A stretch of 64,000 bases of DNA from Hyphochytrium catenoides (taxonomy: Eukaryota; Protista; Hyphochytriomycota). The position numbers were made by a program, and so were the translations under genes. The notes under the pieces were generated by a model. The model was not told where the DNA came from. It worked only from the letters and a program-made list of their open reading frames with translations, and searched no databases. The stretch is taken from the NCBI GenBank assembly GCA_900088475.1, contig FLMG01004571.1, positions 1 through 64,000 of the forward strand. Reading direction: 5' to 3'. Shown one piece after another: positions 1 to 14,174 of the stretch. Each line of letters begins with the position of its first letter. Position 1 is the first letter of the stretch.

Positions 1-299
1 AGAGAGCGGTACATTTGAGAACGGTTACCAGTTTCACCCTGCTCCCCTAATTCCAATCGATCTCTAAGAAGAAGTTCCAACTCACGTTCTCTCCCCTTCA
101 ACTCCACTTCCCTGTTTTGAAGAAGTTCCTCTCTCTTCTCTATCTCCGCCAGTCTCTTCTTCAACTTTTCCTGCATCGCCTTGAACTCCTCCTCCCCTTT
201 CCCTTGCTTGGAGGTACCAACCTCCTGAAATTCCTTCCTTTTCGCCTTCAGCTTGGCCTTCATCTTCTTATGAGACTCCACTGTCCCTTTCGTAGCCAT
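1..299 (-). CDS. Partial coiled-coil protein that runs off the window edge; true 5' end may lie further upstream
   Basis: Open frame MATKGTVESHKKMKAKLKAKRKEFQE...EKLKKRLAEIEKREELLQNREVELKGRERELELLL... with no stop before position 1; E/K/R/L-rich helical pattern. Confidence 0.5.
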   Translation of the reverse strand, partial: MATKGTVESHKKMKAKLKAKRKEFQEVGTSKQGKGEEEFKAMQEKLKKRLAEIEKREELLQNREVELKGRERELELLLRDRLELGEQGETGNRSQMYRS

Positions 300-1906
300 A
301 ACTGTTCTTTCTGAGCCCGCCTTAGAGCGAAAAGTGTCTTCTCTTGCGCCTTTTTGAGGAAGCGACCGTTGGGACTCTCTGCGTCTTTCCGTCGGTGGAA
401 TGCGCTCTCTCTTCCACAGTTTCCACTACCTTACAGCTCAGCTACCATGTAAGCTTGCGCTTAGTTCCCTTCGTGCAAGCCTCGCTAGATTCGGAGTTCA
501 AGGTCTTTATTCGTCAGGAATCTCAATCTATTTAAGCTCTAAATATCAATCCAGAGTCTCTGTCAATCTGGAAATCTCTGACTGAGAGTTGTAACGATCG
601 GCGGCTTCTCGGCAAATAAGACCTCTAACGGTCAGCAACTTTGCCTGGCCGTACAGAACTAAGACGAAAGTATTGAAGAGACATAGTGACATTGTGGTGC
701 CTCGGAGAAGTTAGAGCGCCTGATGAGTAAGAAGAGGGTCGAGGACCGTGGAGAGACAGGGCAGCGGTCCGGCCCTACTTTAGAGGTCTAACTAATCACA
801 AGGAGAGCAAGAGCCAATGAGAGCATACATCTGCTTTCTCAGACACAGCTCTTGAGGACGGTACTTCAGTGCAAGGTTGACCTCAAGCATGAAGAGATAC
901 GTCGGAATAAGATCTAGGTATCGGAACCATAGTCGCAGCTGTTTTGGATGGAGAGAGGAAAGGTATCGGCTGAAGCATTGTCCGTCCGCTCTAGTTAGAC
1001 TAAAGACAAATATCTAAGATCATTTTTCTTAGTCTGAGCTGTAGCCCTAAAAAGTCTTTTATAATTAGCAAGCAAGAGCAGCGAAGCCTTGCCTAGTTCT
1101 TATATCATCTTTTCTCAGCTGCACATCAGGCATCAGGTGTGCCAGCCAGCCTACGACTGCAACTGACGTCAAAGAACAGACTAGAAAAGAGTGCTGTTCT
1201 ACGGCTGATGAGGCAGCGACAGTTCTCATCCATGACACTGAGAAGAGATTAGTATGATCCTCCTCCATGCTTCGCCTGTACCACTCTATTACCACTGCCG
1301 TTGCTTCAGGTGTCCCTTGGTCGGTTCACACCTCGGACCTGATACATTTGCCGCGGTATCTCCTCCTCCCACCGGTTTGATGACTGACACGCCCAGAGAG
1401 CAGCACACAGATAGACATAAGCAAGTAGCAGCCATGGTCAAGGAGTACAGAATGAGCGAAGGGCAGACAAGTCATCAGAAAGGAGGAGCATGAGACACTA
1501 CTAGTAGGGAGCAGTGCACGCCACCGGCGGAAGGTCCTCAGCGTCTCTGAGCCTAGCCCTTCGCAAAGCCTACAATCTCTCGTAGAAAGTACATCAGCGA
1601 CAGTTCTGAGGTAGCAGCACGTTCCGCTCATTCACTTTTTAACCCATTTCTTCAACGGGAAGTGAGTAGTCCGCCGCCGCTCAGTCATCCTCGGCAAAGG
1701 AATCTATTAACAGCAACCACGCTGCCCCAACGACTGCTCCTCGTTTGTCCATGTTCTTTAGTCCTCGATAGCCAAAATCTGTGACGGCAAGCAGCGCAGT
1801 CCAGAGTCTAGCGCTTACGAAAAGCAATTCCCAAGAACCGTCAAAGCTATAAAGCCTGTGTCTCATTAGAAGCTAGAGCACTGCAAAGTCAAGAGCGCAG
1901 ATAGAA

Positions 1907-3004
1907 ATGGCTCGTAGATGCGGAGAGGTGATGGGTCGGCCGACAGACTATGACCTCATTCTGCATTGGGTGGCAGCAGGGGTTATTTGCCTTACCTCCA
2001 TCGTAGGAGTCCTTATCCCTCTCTTGGGAGAGAGAAGAAGCACGCGGAAACCTTTATCCCTACGCGTTCTCTCCTGTCTGTTCGCCTGCGGTACTGGTGT
2101 CATTCTAGCAACAACGTTCATCCATATGCTCTTTCCATCTCAAGCTATCTTTAACCATCCTTGCTTAGCGGATACCCACAACTTCGAGGCTCTTGGGCTT
2201 TCTATCATAGTAGCAACTATTCTCCTGCACCAAATGACTGAGTACTGCCTGGTCAACGTCATCTCTAAGCTGGAGGGTCCCTCTCGAGTGGTGGATATGA
2301 ATGACATTATCGCTTCTCCGGCTACGACGACAGGAGAGAGAGCAACAAGCAGCCTTTACATAGGGGGAGAGCTTGACTTCTCCCTGATCAAGGATACCGA
2401 GTTTGGACGGAAGAGCGTGGAAGGCAGTCTGACTGGAGCTAACAACTTTGGCTACGGCAATGCAATGGACCCAGAGGCCTACCTGGCCCCTGAAGGTCTG
2501 CATAATAATAAGAAGCTACGAGTGAAGGTCGCAGCTCTTCTGATTGAGATCGGCGTTTATGTTCAGAGTTTTATCCTTGGACTAGCACTAGGAACAGCCT
2601 CAGGAAAGCAGTTCACTGCGATGTTCACCGCCTTAGCGTTCAACCAATTCTTTGAGGGCATCTCACTAGGAACAACCGCGAAGAAGACCTTGAAAGACAG
2701 CTCCAAGCTTGCCATAGCAGTGATGACGCTAGGGTTCGGTATCTCTGCACCGTTGGGCGTCGTTTCAGGCATCGTGATGTCAGGCTCTCTCTCGTCTACT
2801 TCCTCTCTCTATTTATGGACTTCAGGCGTGCTGACTGCTGTCTCCGCTGGGATCTTAGTCTACACTGGCATCGTGAAGCTACTGACATACAAGTTCACTA
2901 TGAATCCAGACTTTGCCAGGATGTCTGCCTTAACCCAGGCATTGAGCTTCTTCTGTATGTTTCTGGGAGCAGCTCTAATCGCTATGGTCGGTGAGTGGTT
3001 CTAA
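1907..3004 (+). CDS. ZIP (ZRT/IRT-like) metal transporter, intronless
   Basis: 365-aa ORF with 3+5 hydrophobic segments and the motifs GTGVILATTFIHML, IEIGVYVQSFILGLALG, FNQFFEGISLG, SAPLGVVSG, SAGILVY and a C-terminal W. Confidence 0.92.
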   Translation: MARRCGEVMGRPTDYDLILHWVAAGVICLTSIVGVLIPLLGERRSTRKPLSLRVLSCLFACGTGVILATTFIHMLFPSQAIFNHPCLADTHNFEALGLSIIVATILLHQMTEYCLVNVISKLEGPSRVVDMNDIIASPATTTGERATSSLYIGGELDFSLIKDTEFGRKSVEGSLTGANNFGYGNAMDPEAYLAPEGLHNNKKLRVKVAALLIEIGVYVQSFILGLALGTASGKQFTAMFTALAFNQFFEGISLGTTAKKTLKDSSKLAIAVMTLGFGISAPLGVVSGIVMSGSLSSTSSLYLWTSGVLTAVSAGILVYTGIVKLLTYKFTMNPDFARMSALTQALSFFCMFLGAALIAMVGEWF

Positions 3005-3471
3005 GTGACTCCAGTCTGTCTCTCCAAGTCGAGGAACGAAGCGAGAAGGACACCTCAGATCCTGAGATGTGTTGGGAAAGACGATGCTGCGCGTTCTCAG
3101 GAGTGGTGCGTGACCTGTGGAGGACATAGAGCCTCTAGGGCGTACGTTCTTATCTCAAGAAGCAATAGTAAAGAGCTCTCCGAACGATCTGTTTGACCTC
3201 GCGCCTGTCGTCACCTCTTAGAAGTAGATAAAGATGTCAGCCCAACCGGCAGTTGTCCCAATAGAACTTTGTTTGAGACGAAGGTCCACTACTCTTCAGT
3301 CTTAGCGCTGAGTCCAACATCGTCCCTGCTTTTCCTCTTCATGACAAACGAATAGAAAGGAAAGCAAAGACGTCTCTTGGAGCTAGAGGTTGTCAATGAG
3401 TTAAAGGAGAGCTGTTATCTTAGTTCTTCTGTTCCTTTAATCTACTCTCCTGTGCTCTCGTTCCTGTTCTT

Positions 3472-3475
<4 letters not shown>

Positions 3476-3528
<53 letters not shown>

Positions 3529-3550
3529 TTGTCTCTCTCTCCTCTTCTCT
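3476..3550. repeat. (CT)n microsatellite
   Basis: Long run of ct dinucleotides. Confidence 0.95.
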
Positions 3551-3848
3551 CGTCTATCCTCACTCCGCACAATTCATATGGGAACGATCTACGGCGGTAA
3601 TAGGAAAGCAGGTAAAGAGAAGAATCAAGGGTAATTGACCGCATGGAACCGAGGCATAAAGAGAGAGAGAACTGCACAGGGATGGCAATGGACTAACTCC
3701 AAGCAGAGAGAAAAGAAGAGAGCTGGATGCGGAGTGAGCGAGCCGGCGGTACAACGGAGGAGAGAAGGGATAGAGTATCATACTCGTGCTGACGATCTCT
3801 AAAGGTGATGTCCTAGATGAGGAGAGATGAGAAGAACAAGAGGAGTTA

Positions 3849-3911
3849 GAGAGCGAGAGAGAAAGAGAGAGAGAGAGAAAGAGAGAAAGAGAGAGAGTGA
3901 AAGAGAGAGAA

Positions 3912-3942
<31 letters not shown>

Positions 3943-4128
3943 AAGAGAGAGGGAAGAGAGAGAGAGAAGAGAGAAAGAGCTAGAGAGAGAAAGAGAGAGA
4001 GAACAGAGAGAGAGAGAAGTGAGAGAGAGGAGAGAGAGAGAGAGGGAAAGAGAGAGCAAGAAAGAGAGACAGAGAAAGAGAGAGAGAGATAAAGAGAGAG
4101 AGAGAGAGAGAGAGAAAAGAGAGAGAAA
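3849..4128. repeat. Long degenerate (AG)n polypurine tract
   Basis: About 280 bp of almost pure A/G; more AG tracts at ~4570-4640 and ~4825-4850. Confidence 0.95.
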
Positions 4129-4570
4129 GATGTTATGGCCATCACCGTCACATCCCCTCAAACATCACACATGAACTCTATCCCAAATCAATAGGCACCA
4201 ATTTGCGTATCAGAATATAAAGATCCAGAATCGACGGGGCGGATGGCCAATAACGGCCAGAAAGTCCATAGATATAACCCTCTTCCAACCGCCACATATC
4301 CGCCCCTCTCAAGAAGTAATATCCCAGAGATAAAATATACGCCTAGCTGGGTGGGATAAGGATATCCTTGCTCCACCCACCCTTATCTGCAATCTCCTGC
4401 CATCTTCCTGAAGCGACATCGCCACTCGCTCTCCTCACCCACCCAGCCAAAGGTAACCCACCCGCCCCGCTAAGCCTAAGATAATATTAGAGAGAGGTGT
4501 TACCGGCGCGAAAGGTAGCGGCGAGGCGATGAGAAAAAAAGCTGTACAAAGGAGACAGAGAAAATTGTTA

Positions 4571-4608
<38 letters not shown>

Positions 4609-5383
4609 CAGAGAGAGAAGCAGAGAGAGAGAAGAGAGCGTGAAAGAAGAGATGAGGTGGAAGAAGAAGGAGGGCAACGCCTTGACCAGATAGACAGAAC
4701 GGAGAGACAGAGGGAGTGGTGGGAGACAGAGAGAAAGAGAGAGAACGGCCAGCAGCCTCGACTTACGGCGCTGGCACGGCTGAGAGGAAAGAACACACAT
4801 AGGGAGCAAGCTGTCGCTAAGCACGAGAGAGAGAGAGAGAGAGAAAGAGAGCCTCAGCATCTGGCTCTTGACCTGTACTTTCTGTCTCTCTTCTCTTCGG
4901 TCAGCGCTTTAAGATAGTGCCGACCAAGGGGGCAGTGCAGCTGAAGCTTACCTTTCTTAGTACACTAAGGGAGATAACCGTGCGCTGTCCTTTTCCATTT
5001 CTATCTCTTATCAGACTGTTTGCCAGACACCGAGACCGAGCAAGAGTTCCCTACCTGGAGAGAGGAGGGATATTGATTGCTCAGATTGGCTGTGCAGCTC
5101 ATTCTGCTCCTTTGGTCTGCTCCCTCTCTCTGCCCTTCTTTCTCTCTCTCTCTCTTTCACCTCTCTCTTGATTTCTTTCCTCTGCGTACGGGGCATTCCT
5201 TCTGTCCAAGAGGACCCCACGAACTAGGTGATAAAGGTGCACCTGGCCACAGAGACCCTGCCGTCCGCCAAGAACAAAGACCCTTTCGTTGGCCGTATCA
5301 ATTCCTCTCAAGGCGACGACATCGCTTCCTCTCAGTTCTCTTCCTCTATCGTTCTCTGTATCTTCGCTATTTGTCTTGAAGAT

Positions 5384-8512
<3,129 letters not shown>

Positions 8513-8632
8513 GCCTCGCAGCGATGACTCTAAAGTGGAGTTGTTAAGGAATCTAATGCTCTTTCCCCACAATTGCAACCGCATCGCCCCGTCTTGTCCT
8601 ATCATGGACGCCCCACTCCCCGTTTCGCTCTG

Positions 8633-8665
<33 letters not shown>

Positions 8666-9442
8666 CTTCCTACTGCCTTCCCGCCCCATATCCTCTTCTT
8701 GATATCCTGGCGCCGCCCTTCAACAGTGCCGTCCTGGTACAACCTGCGTCCCCGCCTAGTCAACGCCAAGCATAGCTGCGGTCTGTGTCCAATTCTCCAT
8801 GCTATGATGTACAATAAAGTCGCACTTAAGCTCATCTCATTGCCAGTTTTGCATACCTTATTCCTCTCTCTCTTTTTCTGTGGCTCTTTTTTCCTGTCTT
8901 CACATTGTGTTCGGGTCCATCTTGTCTCTGTTACGTAGACATCCTGTCATATTCGTCTTCTTTGACCTTGCTCATCGCTCTGCAATGAGCCTGTCTGGGT
9001 GACCAAGCGTTATAGCGAACCACTAGGAACAGTCTCTCCGTTCTCTGCTTTATCCACTCCCTATACCTTCGTTGGTCAATCCCTTGCCCCTCTCCAGTCA
9101 GTCTTTCACATACTTGAGCGAGGTTTGAGCGAGGCTCTTACAGCTTTGGGGCTTTCCCTGATGGTACACCGAGCCGCGCATTCATTGTTCTCAGCGTTTA
9201 TTGTTTCCAGTGCCCCATCAAGGAACGTATTTCTTAGGATCTAGACTTCTTACTGATCTTCTTTAAAAGCTGTCGAAAGCCACTGGTCCAATTGAGGGTG
9301 GTCACATTACGCACTGACAACAGAGGGTTATGCTCGGTAGCAGCCTCCTTTCCTCTTTATACTCTTACACTCTTTGTCGTGGCACTTAACAGCTTGCGGG
9401 GATACGCCTTCGGCTGGTACGCTCTATTTTCTCTTTCAGCGC

Positions 9443-10480
9443 TCATCGACAGTAGAAATCTCTGCTAAGAAAGGCTATGATACAGTCCCAGAGGTCTCGC
9501 GGCAAAGCTGGCTGCACTAGCCTCTTCTCTACCATTCGAAGAGTCAAAACGACAGTGTTGAACGACTTTCCAAACAGTCGAGAGCTCTGTGGAGTCCAGC
9601 AACTACTTGCCTTTCGCAGGAGGTCAGCAACCTCTGCTCTGGTTGTGAAGCTGATGATGTCTATAGCTGTTTGTCCCAGCTTATTCCTTGAGCCAATCAG
9701 CGCCTCCGTCTCTAACAGATATCGCACTAACGCTCCCGCCTGGCTCTCGCCCTGGCCACAAGGGCTGTTTCTTATGCAAACACAGCTATGCATTAGCACA
9801 GTCCAGCCTCCATGGTCTGAGGTGTTCGCGTTGGCTCCCGCTTGTATTAGGGCCTTTACGATGTGGATATGTCCCTCTTTACCTGCCGCCATGAGAGCTG
9901 TAGTCCCATAGTTATCACTCTTGTCGACCTCAGCGTTGGCAGTCTTTATTAGGTAGTCGACTAGTTCTAAGTTGCCGGACTTGGCGGCGTGGATGAGAGG
10001 AGTAACTCCGTACATATCTGCAGCAGAAACCTTGCCACCTGCTTCCACCAGTGTGTGTGCTATTTGCAGATGACCACGTAGGCAAGCCATCATAAGTGCC
10101 GTGGTCCCGCAATCTTTGACCTGGTTGACGTTGGCCCCGGCCTGCAACAGCAGCATCACGCAAGATGGCCGGCCAGCATCAACCGCAAGCATTAGCGGGC
10201 TTAAGCCGTAGTCATTGGAGCAATTGACCTCCGCTCCTGCCACCAGCAAATCAGTGATGATCTTGTCATAGCCTCTGACAGCTGCAATATGCAGTGGAGT
10301 CCAGCCACTGAGTGTCCGATAATTCACATTGAAAGGATAAGAGGCAATTTGGACCATGGCACCTCCAATCTCGCCTGCCTGGAGCAGCTTAAAAAGCGCA
10401 CTGTCGTGTCGAGCCCACCCAGCATTGGAGGCATTCTCATTAGCCCCAGTATGTTCTAGTGCAACCGCTACTCCGTCCAT
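9443..10480 (-). CDS. Ankyrin-repeat protein with C-terminal F-box-like motif, intronless
   Basis: About 7 ANK repeats (GWTPLHIAA, GLSPLMLAV, GTTALMMAC, GVTPLIHAA, GTTALMAAG...) followed by the tail LPRDLWDCIIAFL. Confidence 0.9.
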   Translation of the reverse strand: MDGVAVALEHTGANENASNAGWARHDSALFKLLQAGEIGGAMVQIASYPFNVNYRTLSGWTPLHIAAVRGYDKIITDLLVAGAEVNCSNDYGLSPLMLAVDAGRPSCVMLLLQAGANVNQVKDCGTTALMMACLRGHLQIAHTLVEAGGKVSAADMYGVTPLIHAAKSGNLELVDYLIKTANAEVDKSDNYGTTALMAAGKEGHIHIVKALIQAGANANTSDHGGWTVLMHSCVCIRNSPCGQGESQAGALVRYLLETEALIGSRNKLGQTAIDIISFTTRAEVADLLRKASSCWTPQSSRLFGKSFNTVVLTLRMVEKRLVQPALPRDLWDCIIAFLSRDFYCR

Positions 10481-11215
10481 CCTGATAGCTTCTTCTGTCC
10501 TCTATAAAGTCCCCAATGGAGCGCTGACCCGTGGCTACTCCTCGATAAGTCCCTCGAATCTTCCGGGATCGAAGCTGGAGAAGTGCAAAGCTTGCAATCT
10601 TCAGAAGCGTTGTCCGCAGCTGGGAGCTTCTGAAGCGATCAAAATAACGGCCCAAGTGCTTCTTCTCCTCCTGCGATCAGAACACCTCCCAAAGGGGTTA
10701 CAGTACCTTCATGGCAGTGTAGCAGTTATTCCGAATCAGTAGGTCAGAGCTCTCTTCATTCCAGATACCCCACCTAAAGGTTCCGAAAACAACAGAGTGG
10801 AGTTTTATTAGTTATCAAGATATCTGCTGAGTGATCATCGTCGCGCTATTCAGATGAGATTTAGTTTTCTTGGGAAGAAAGAAGGAGAAGAAAGAGAGAT
10901 CAGAGTAGTTTGTGCTGGAGTGTTTTATTATTACTATTAGAAGGTGAAGCTCCGGGCAGCTCGATGAGCCTCCGCATCACGAGTGAATGAAGGCATAAGC
11001 CATCTGGTCAGCGCGGCTGCAGGAGGATAAGAGGTTTCTTAGTGCACGTGGGCCTACAGGGACTTAGAGCTGCTACGAGTACTGCAGCCGTATTCAGTGT
11101 ACATCCATCCTCTTCCGCTGTGACCGTTTATGTGCTTGGTTCAAGAGGACGATTGAAGCGGCAAGAGCATTGTCAGGAAAGTTGTTAAGGGGATTGTTTG
11201 GCGCGTGGAGGCACC

Positions 11216-13392
11216 ATGTCTCTCGCTTTCTTAGCAAAGAAGAGCTGGCATACGGCCAACTTGAAGGTAACAGGAGTTGTTAAAACGGTACCAGGGGCGA
11301 CTTCCTTACCTAGACACATGTAACTCTACTGCTAGAACCAAGAGAAGGTGTGGATAGCCGAGCAGCGCCATGAAGCTGAAGAAAAGAAACTCCAAGAGCT
11401 GCGAAAGCAGATCGCGGAGGAGCGCCAAATGGATGAAATGCGTGAGATGCAGCAGGCTGCTGGTATCTCAAAAGGGAAGACACAACGGCTAGACTGGATG
11501 TATGATGGACCGGCAGCAAGAGCTGCCGCTTCCACGGACGAATACCTGTTGGGAAAAGAATACAAAGGAGAAGGGCCAAGCTCAGATGTTGCTGCGGTCA
11601 GTTTGCTTTTTGGCCGCTCTTCAAGCGCGCGTACTCTTTCTCTGTCTGGCCCTGTCCGCGAAGAAAGGCGCAAATGTTTCTTTGGCAGACTGCAATTCGG
11701 TTGTTATCTCTATCTGTTCTGTTACCCTCGTAAGCGGCCAAGCGTTTCAAGCCAGATGCGCTCTCACGCACACTTCTCCTTATCTCCTTACGTTATCTCA
11801 CAGGTCAGCGAACAACCGGGCGCGTTATGGCTCAACAAGGTCTCAGCTGCCAATGATACTTTTACCAGACTTCATGAAGATCCTCTATTGATGATCAGGT
11901 ACACTATGGGCGAACTTAGAGAAGGCGCAAGAGAAAGAGGTCTAGAAGAGCTAGAATGGAATTACCTGACAGAGCCCTGTGGCGGCATAGAAATGAGGGC
12001 TAAGCTCTAATGGTGCCAGATAGAGAGACAGAAGGGTGACATCAGAACTCCATGGGCAACATCTGACCTCGCCCAATACCTTCAGAAAGCAGCAAAAAGA
12101 CGTAAGAGAGAAGATCTTGAAAAATCCAGTCAAGATGGCAAAAATTCGGAGCCAAGTAAGTTTAGTGTTGCCTTTGGCTTTAAACATCTCTTCTCATCTA
12201 AGTGATGCACAATTGACAAGCTTCTTATGTTCCATTACAGCTGGAAATGAGCTTAAAGGGTGAAAAGAAAGACAAGAAGAAGAAAGACAAAAAAGAGAAG
12301 AAAGAGAAGAAGGAAAAACGGAAACACAAAAGAGACGGGGATAGAGAGGATGAGCGGCGGACCAAACGATCCCGTGAAGCAGAGTCCTCAGACGAGCGGC
12401 GTCCTAGACGTCGACGAAGCAAAAGCATGAGTCCAGCGCGCGAGCGAAGAGACCCTTCTCCTACCTCAAGATTAAGAGACAGGAGTAGAGGGAGAGATAA
12501 GCGATCCAAAAGGAGAAGTCCAAGTCCAGCACAGCATAGACGAGTAGAGAGAAGTAGGAGCCGCGACAGGAGAACACGGAGATCAAAGAGCCGTTCAATG
12601 GACCGTAGAAGAGCCTCTCGACGCTCCGAAAGGTCCAGGAGTCAGGAGTCACGGTTACCCGCTGCACGAACGGATGGGAGAGGCGATCGTGCCAATGACA
12701 ATCATAGGGTTCATCAGAGTGGTACGCAAACGGGAGGAAGAGAAGTTAGGAGAAAAGAAGAGCAGCCAGAAGGAGATTCTAAGCCTCCAAGCAGCAACTC
12801 AGACGCTTCAGGTGGGAACGGCACTATCAAAAAGTATGGGCTTATTTCTGGAAAGAAGGTAAGAAAAACTACATCTAGATTTTCTTGAAGGTCACCCATC
12901 ATGCCACCTGATACTCTTCTATGACTATAGGGCTCAGGGGAGAACAAGCCTAAGAGTCTGGGACCATCCCAGGAACTGCTTGAGAAAGCCCGCCAAAAAG
13001 AAGCTGAGGAGGAGCAGAAGAGAGCCGCTCTCCTACAGAGACAAAGCAAGCCGTTAACAGAGGAGGAGAAGAAACAACGCTTACTAGAGATGCAGAGAGA
13101 CGCTGAGATTAGTGAGGTAAGGCCCCTGTGTTATGTTTCTTCCGCTTTAAATGCTTAGAGAGACATTAACTCTTTGTGTCGCCAGGCCCGTAACTCCCGG
13201 CTAGCTGCCAGCAGTTGGAAACACGATGATGAAGAGCGAAGCAAGGGTGATGGTGGTGCCACCAACCCTAACTTTCTGAAGGCGATAAACAAAGAGGTGT
13301 ACATGACGGGAGGCATCAACTCCATGGGCGATAGGATATCAAGGAATAAGTACTATCTACAGAAAGACACCTCAGAGTCACACTTGGCCTAA
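11216..13392 (+). CDS. CWC25: Pre-mRNA splicing factor CWC25, spliced
   Basis: MSLAFLAKKSWHTANLK|NQEKVWIAEQ (Cir_N), RLDWMY, DEYLLGK, RLHEDPLLMI, K-rich and RS-rich regions, and C-terminal DRISRNK. Confidence 0.92.
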
Positions 13393-14174
13393 CATTAAGG
13401 AGAGACCTAAAGAAAAACTTGGCACCACTTGCAGTTCCTTTTCTCCTCTCGTCCTCCTCATCGGCAGTCCATGGGTATGGCCATGCTTCTCTCCGTTATC
13501 TTTCCTTCGGTCGTCCTTGCCGCTCTAGGAGTATACTCGTCTCTTGAACTCGTTGAGACAGTTTCTTTCTTTCTCTGGCAAAGCTTTTATGCCGTGAGGC
13601 CAGGTCTCTCGAGCTTCAACAAAGAGGATCGGAGACTCTCTCTCACAAACTCTGTAGATCTGTTAGTTCTACCCCATAGAACTACTACGAGTACCTCTCT
13701 CGTTGTCTTGGTCAGTTTGTTGATGGGAGATGAGAAGATCAAGACATTCATTCAACAAGAAGCCGAGAATACCAGTAGAAATACCGATTATTATTTGAGG
13801 ATCAAAGTTGACATCTTTTAGGGAAAGTAACATTCATAGTTCTCGCTACCAACCACCCAGTATTAGAAGGAGTCAATCTTAAAGTAAGTATAAAGCCGCC
13901 GAAATTCGATTTCGAACTAGCCGTTAGCGCGCTGTATTGGTTGATCTGCTTGTGTCAGAGGTCAGGAAGTCAGCAAGCAGGAAGCATCAGGTTTCATCCC
14001 AGCGCTAGCCTGGCTTCATGTGCCAGATCTGATGACAATGCGGACCGTCAAGCTCATCAGACTCAAGCTTCGATTGGCTATAGCAGTGAGGCTTTTGCAG
14101 TCACTGGTTTCTGAAGAATAGTGTCCTAGGATAGGTGTACGTTACGCTTCAAATCATAGCTTGACCCCGGATCA

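Noticed and set aside
1065-1866. Several short ORFs upstream of the ZIP gene
   Set aside because: No motifs, homology or consistent splice chain
4362-4369. Other RTATCCTT hits (also ~8349, ~17386, ~26405 and ~50474 minus)
   Set aside because: They are not at exon boundaries on the coding strand and have no matching branch site or acceptor, so they are not U12 donors
3377-5311. Many ER-repeat and SL-repeat ORFs (also at 21.6-22.7, 30.7, 35.2, 43.9 and 54.5 kb)
   Set aside because: They are translations of (AG/CT)n microsatellites, not genes
9477-10742. Long + strand ORFs overlapping the ankyrin gene (likewise 20886-21235, 55034-55585 and 58345-59112)
   Set aside because: Antisense shadows of real coding sequence
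13429-13833. 130-aa + strand ORF and a possible small spliced - strand gene (MLLSLKDVNFDPQIIIG...)
   Set aside because: The + ORF has a non-ATG start, neither candidate resembles a known family, and the splice model is ambiguous
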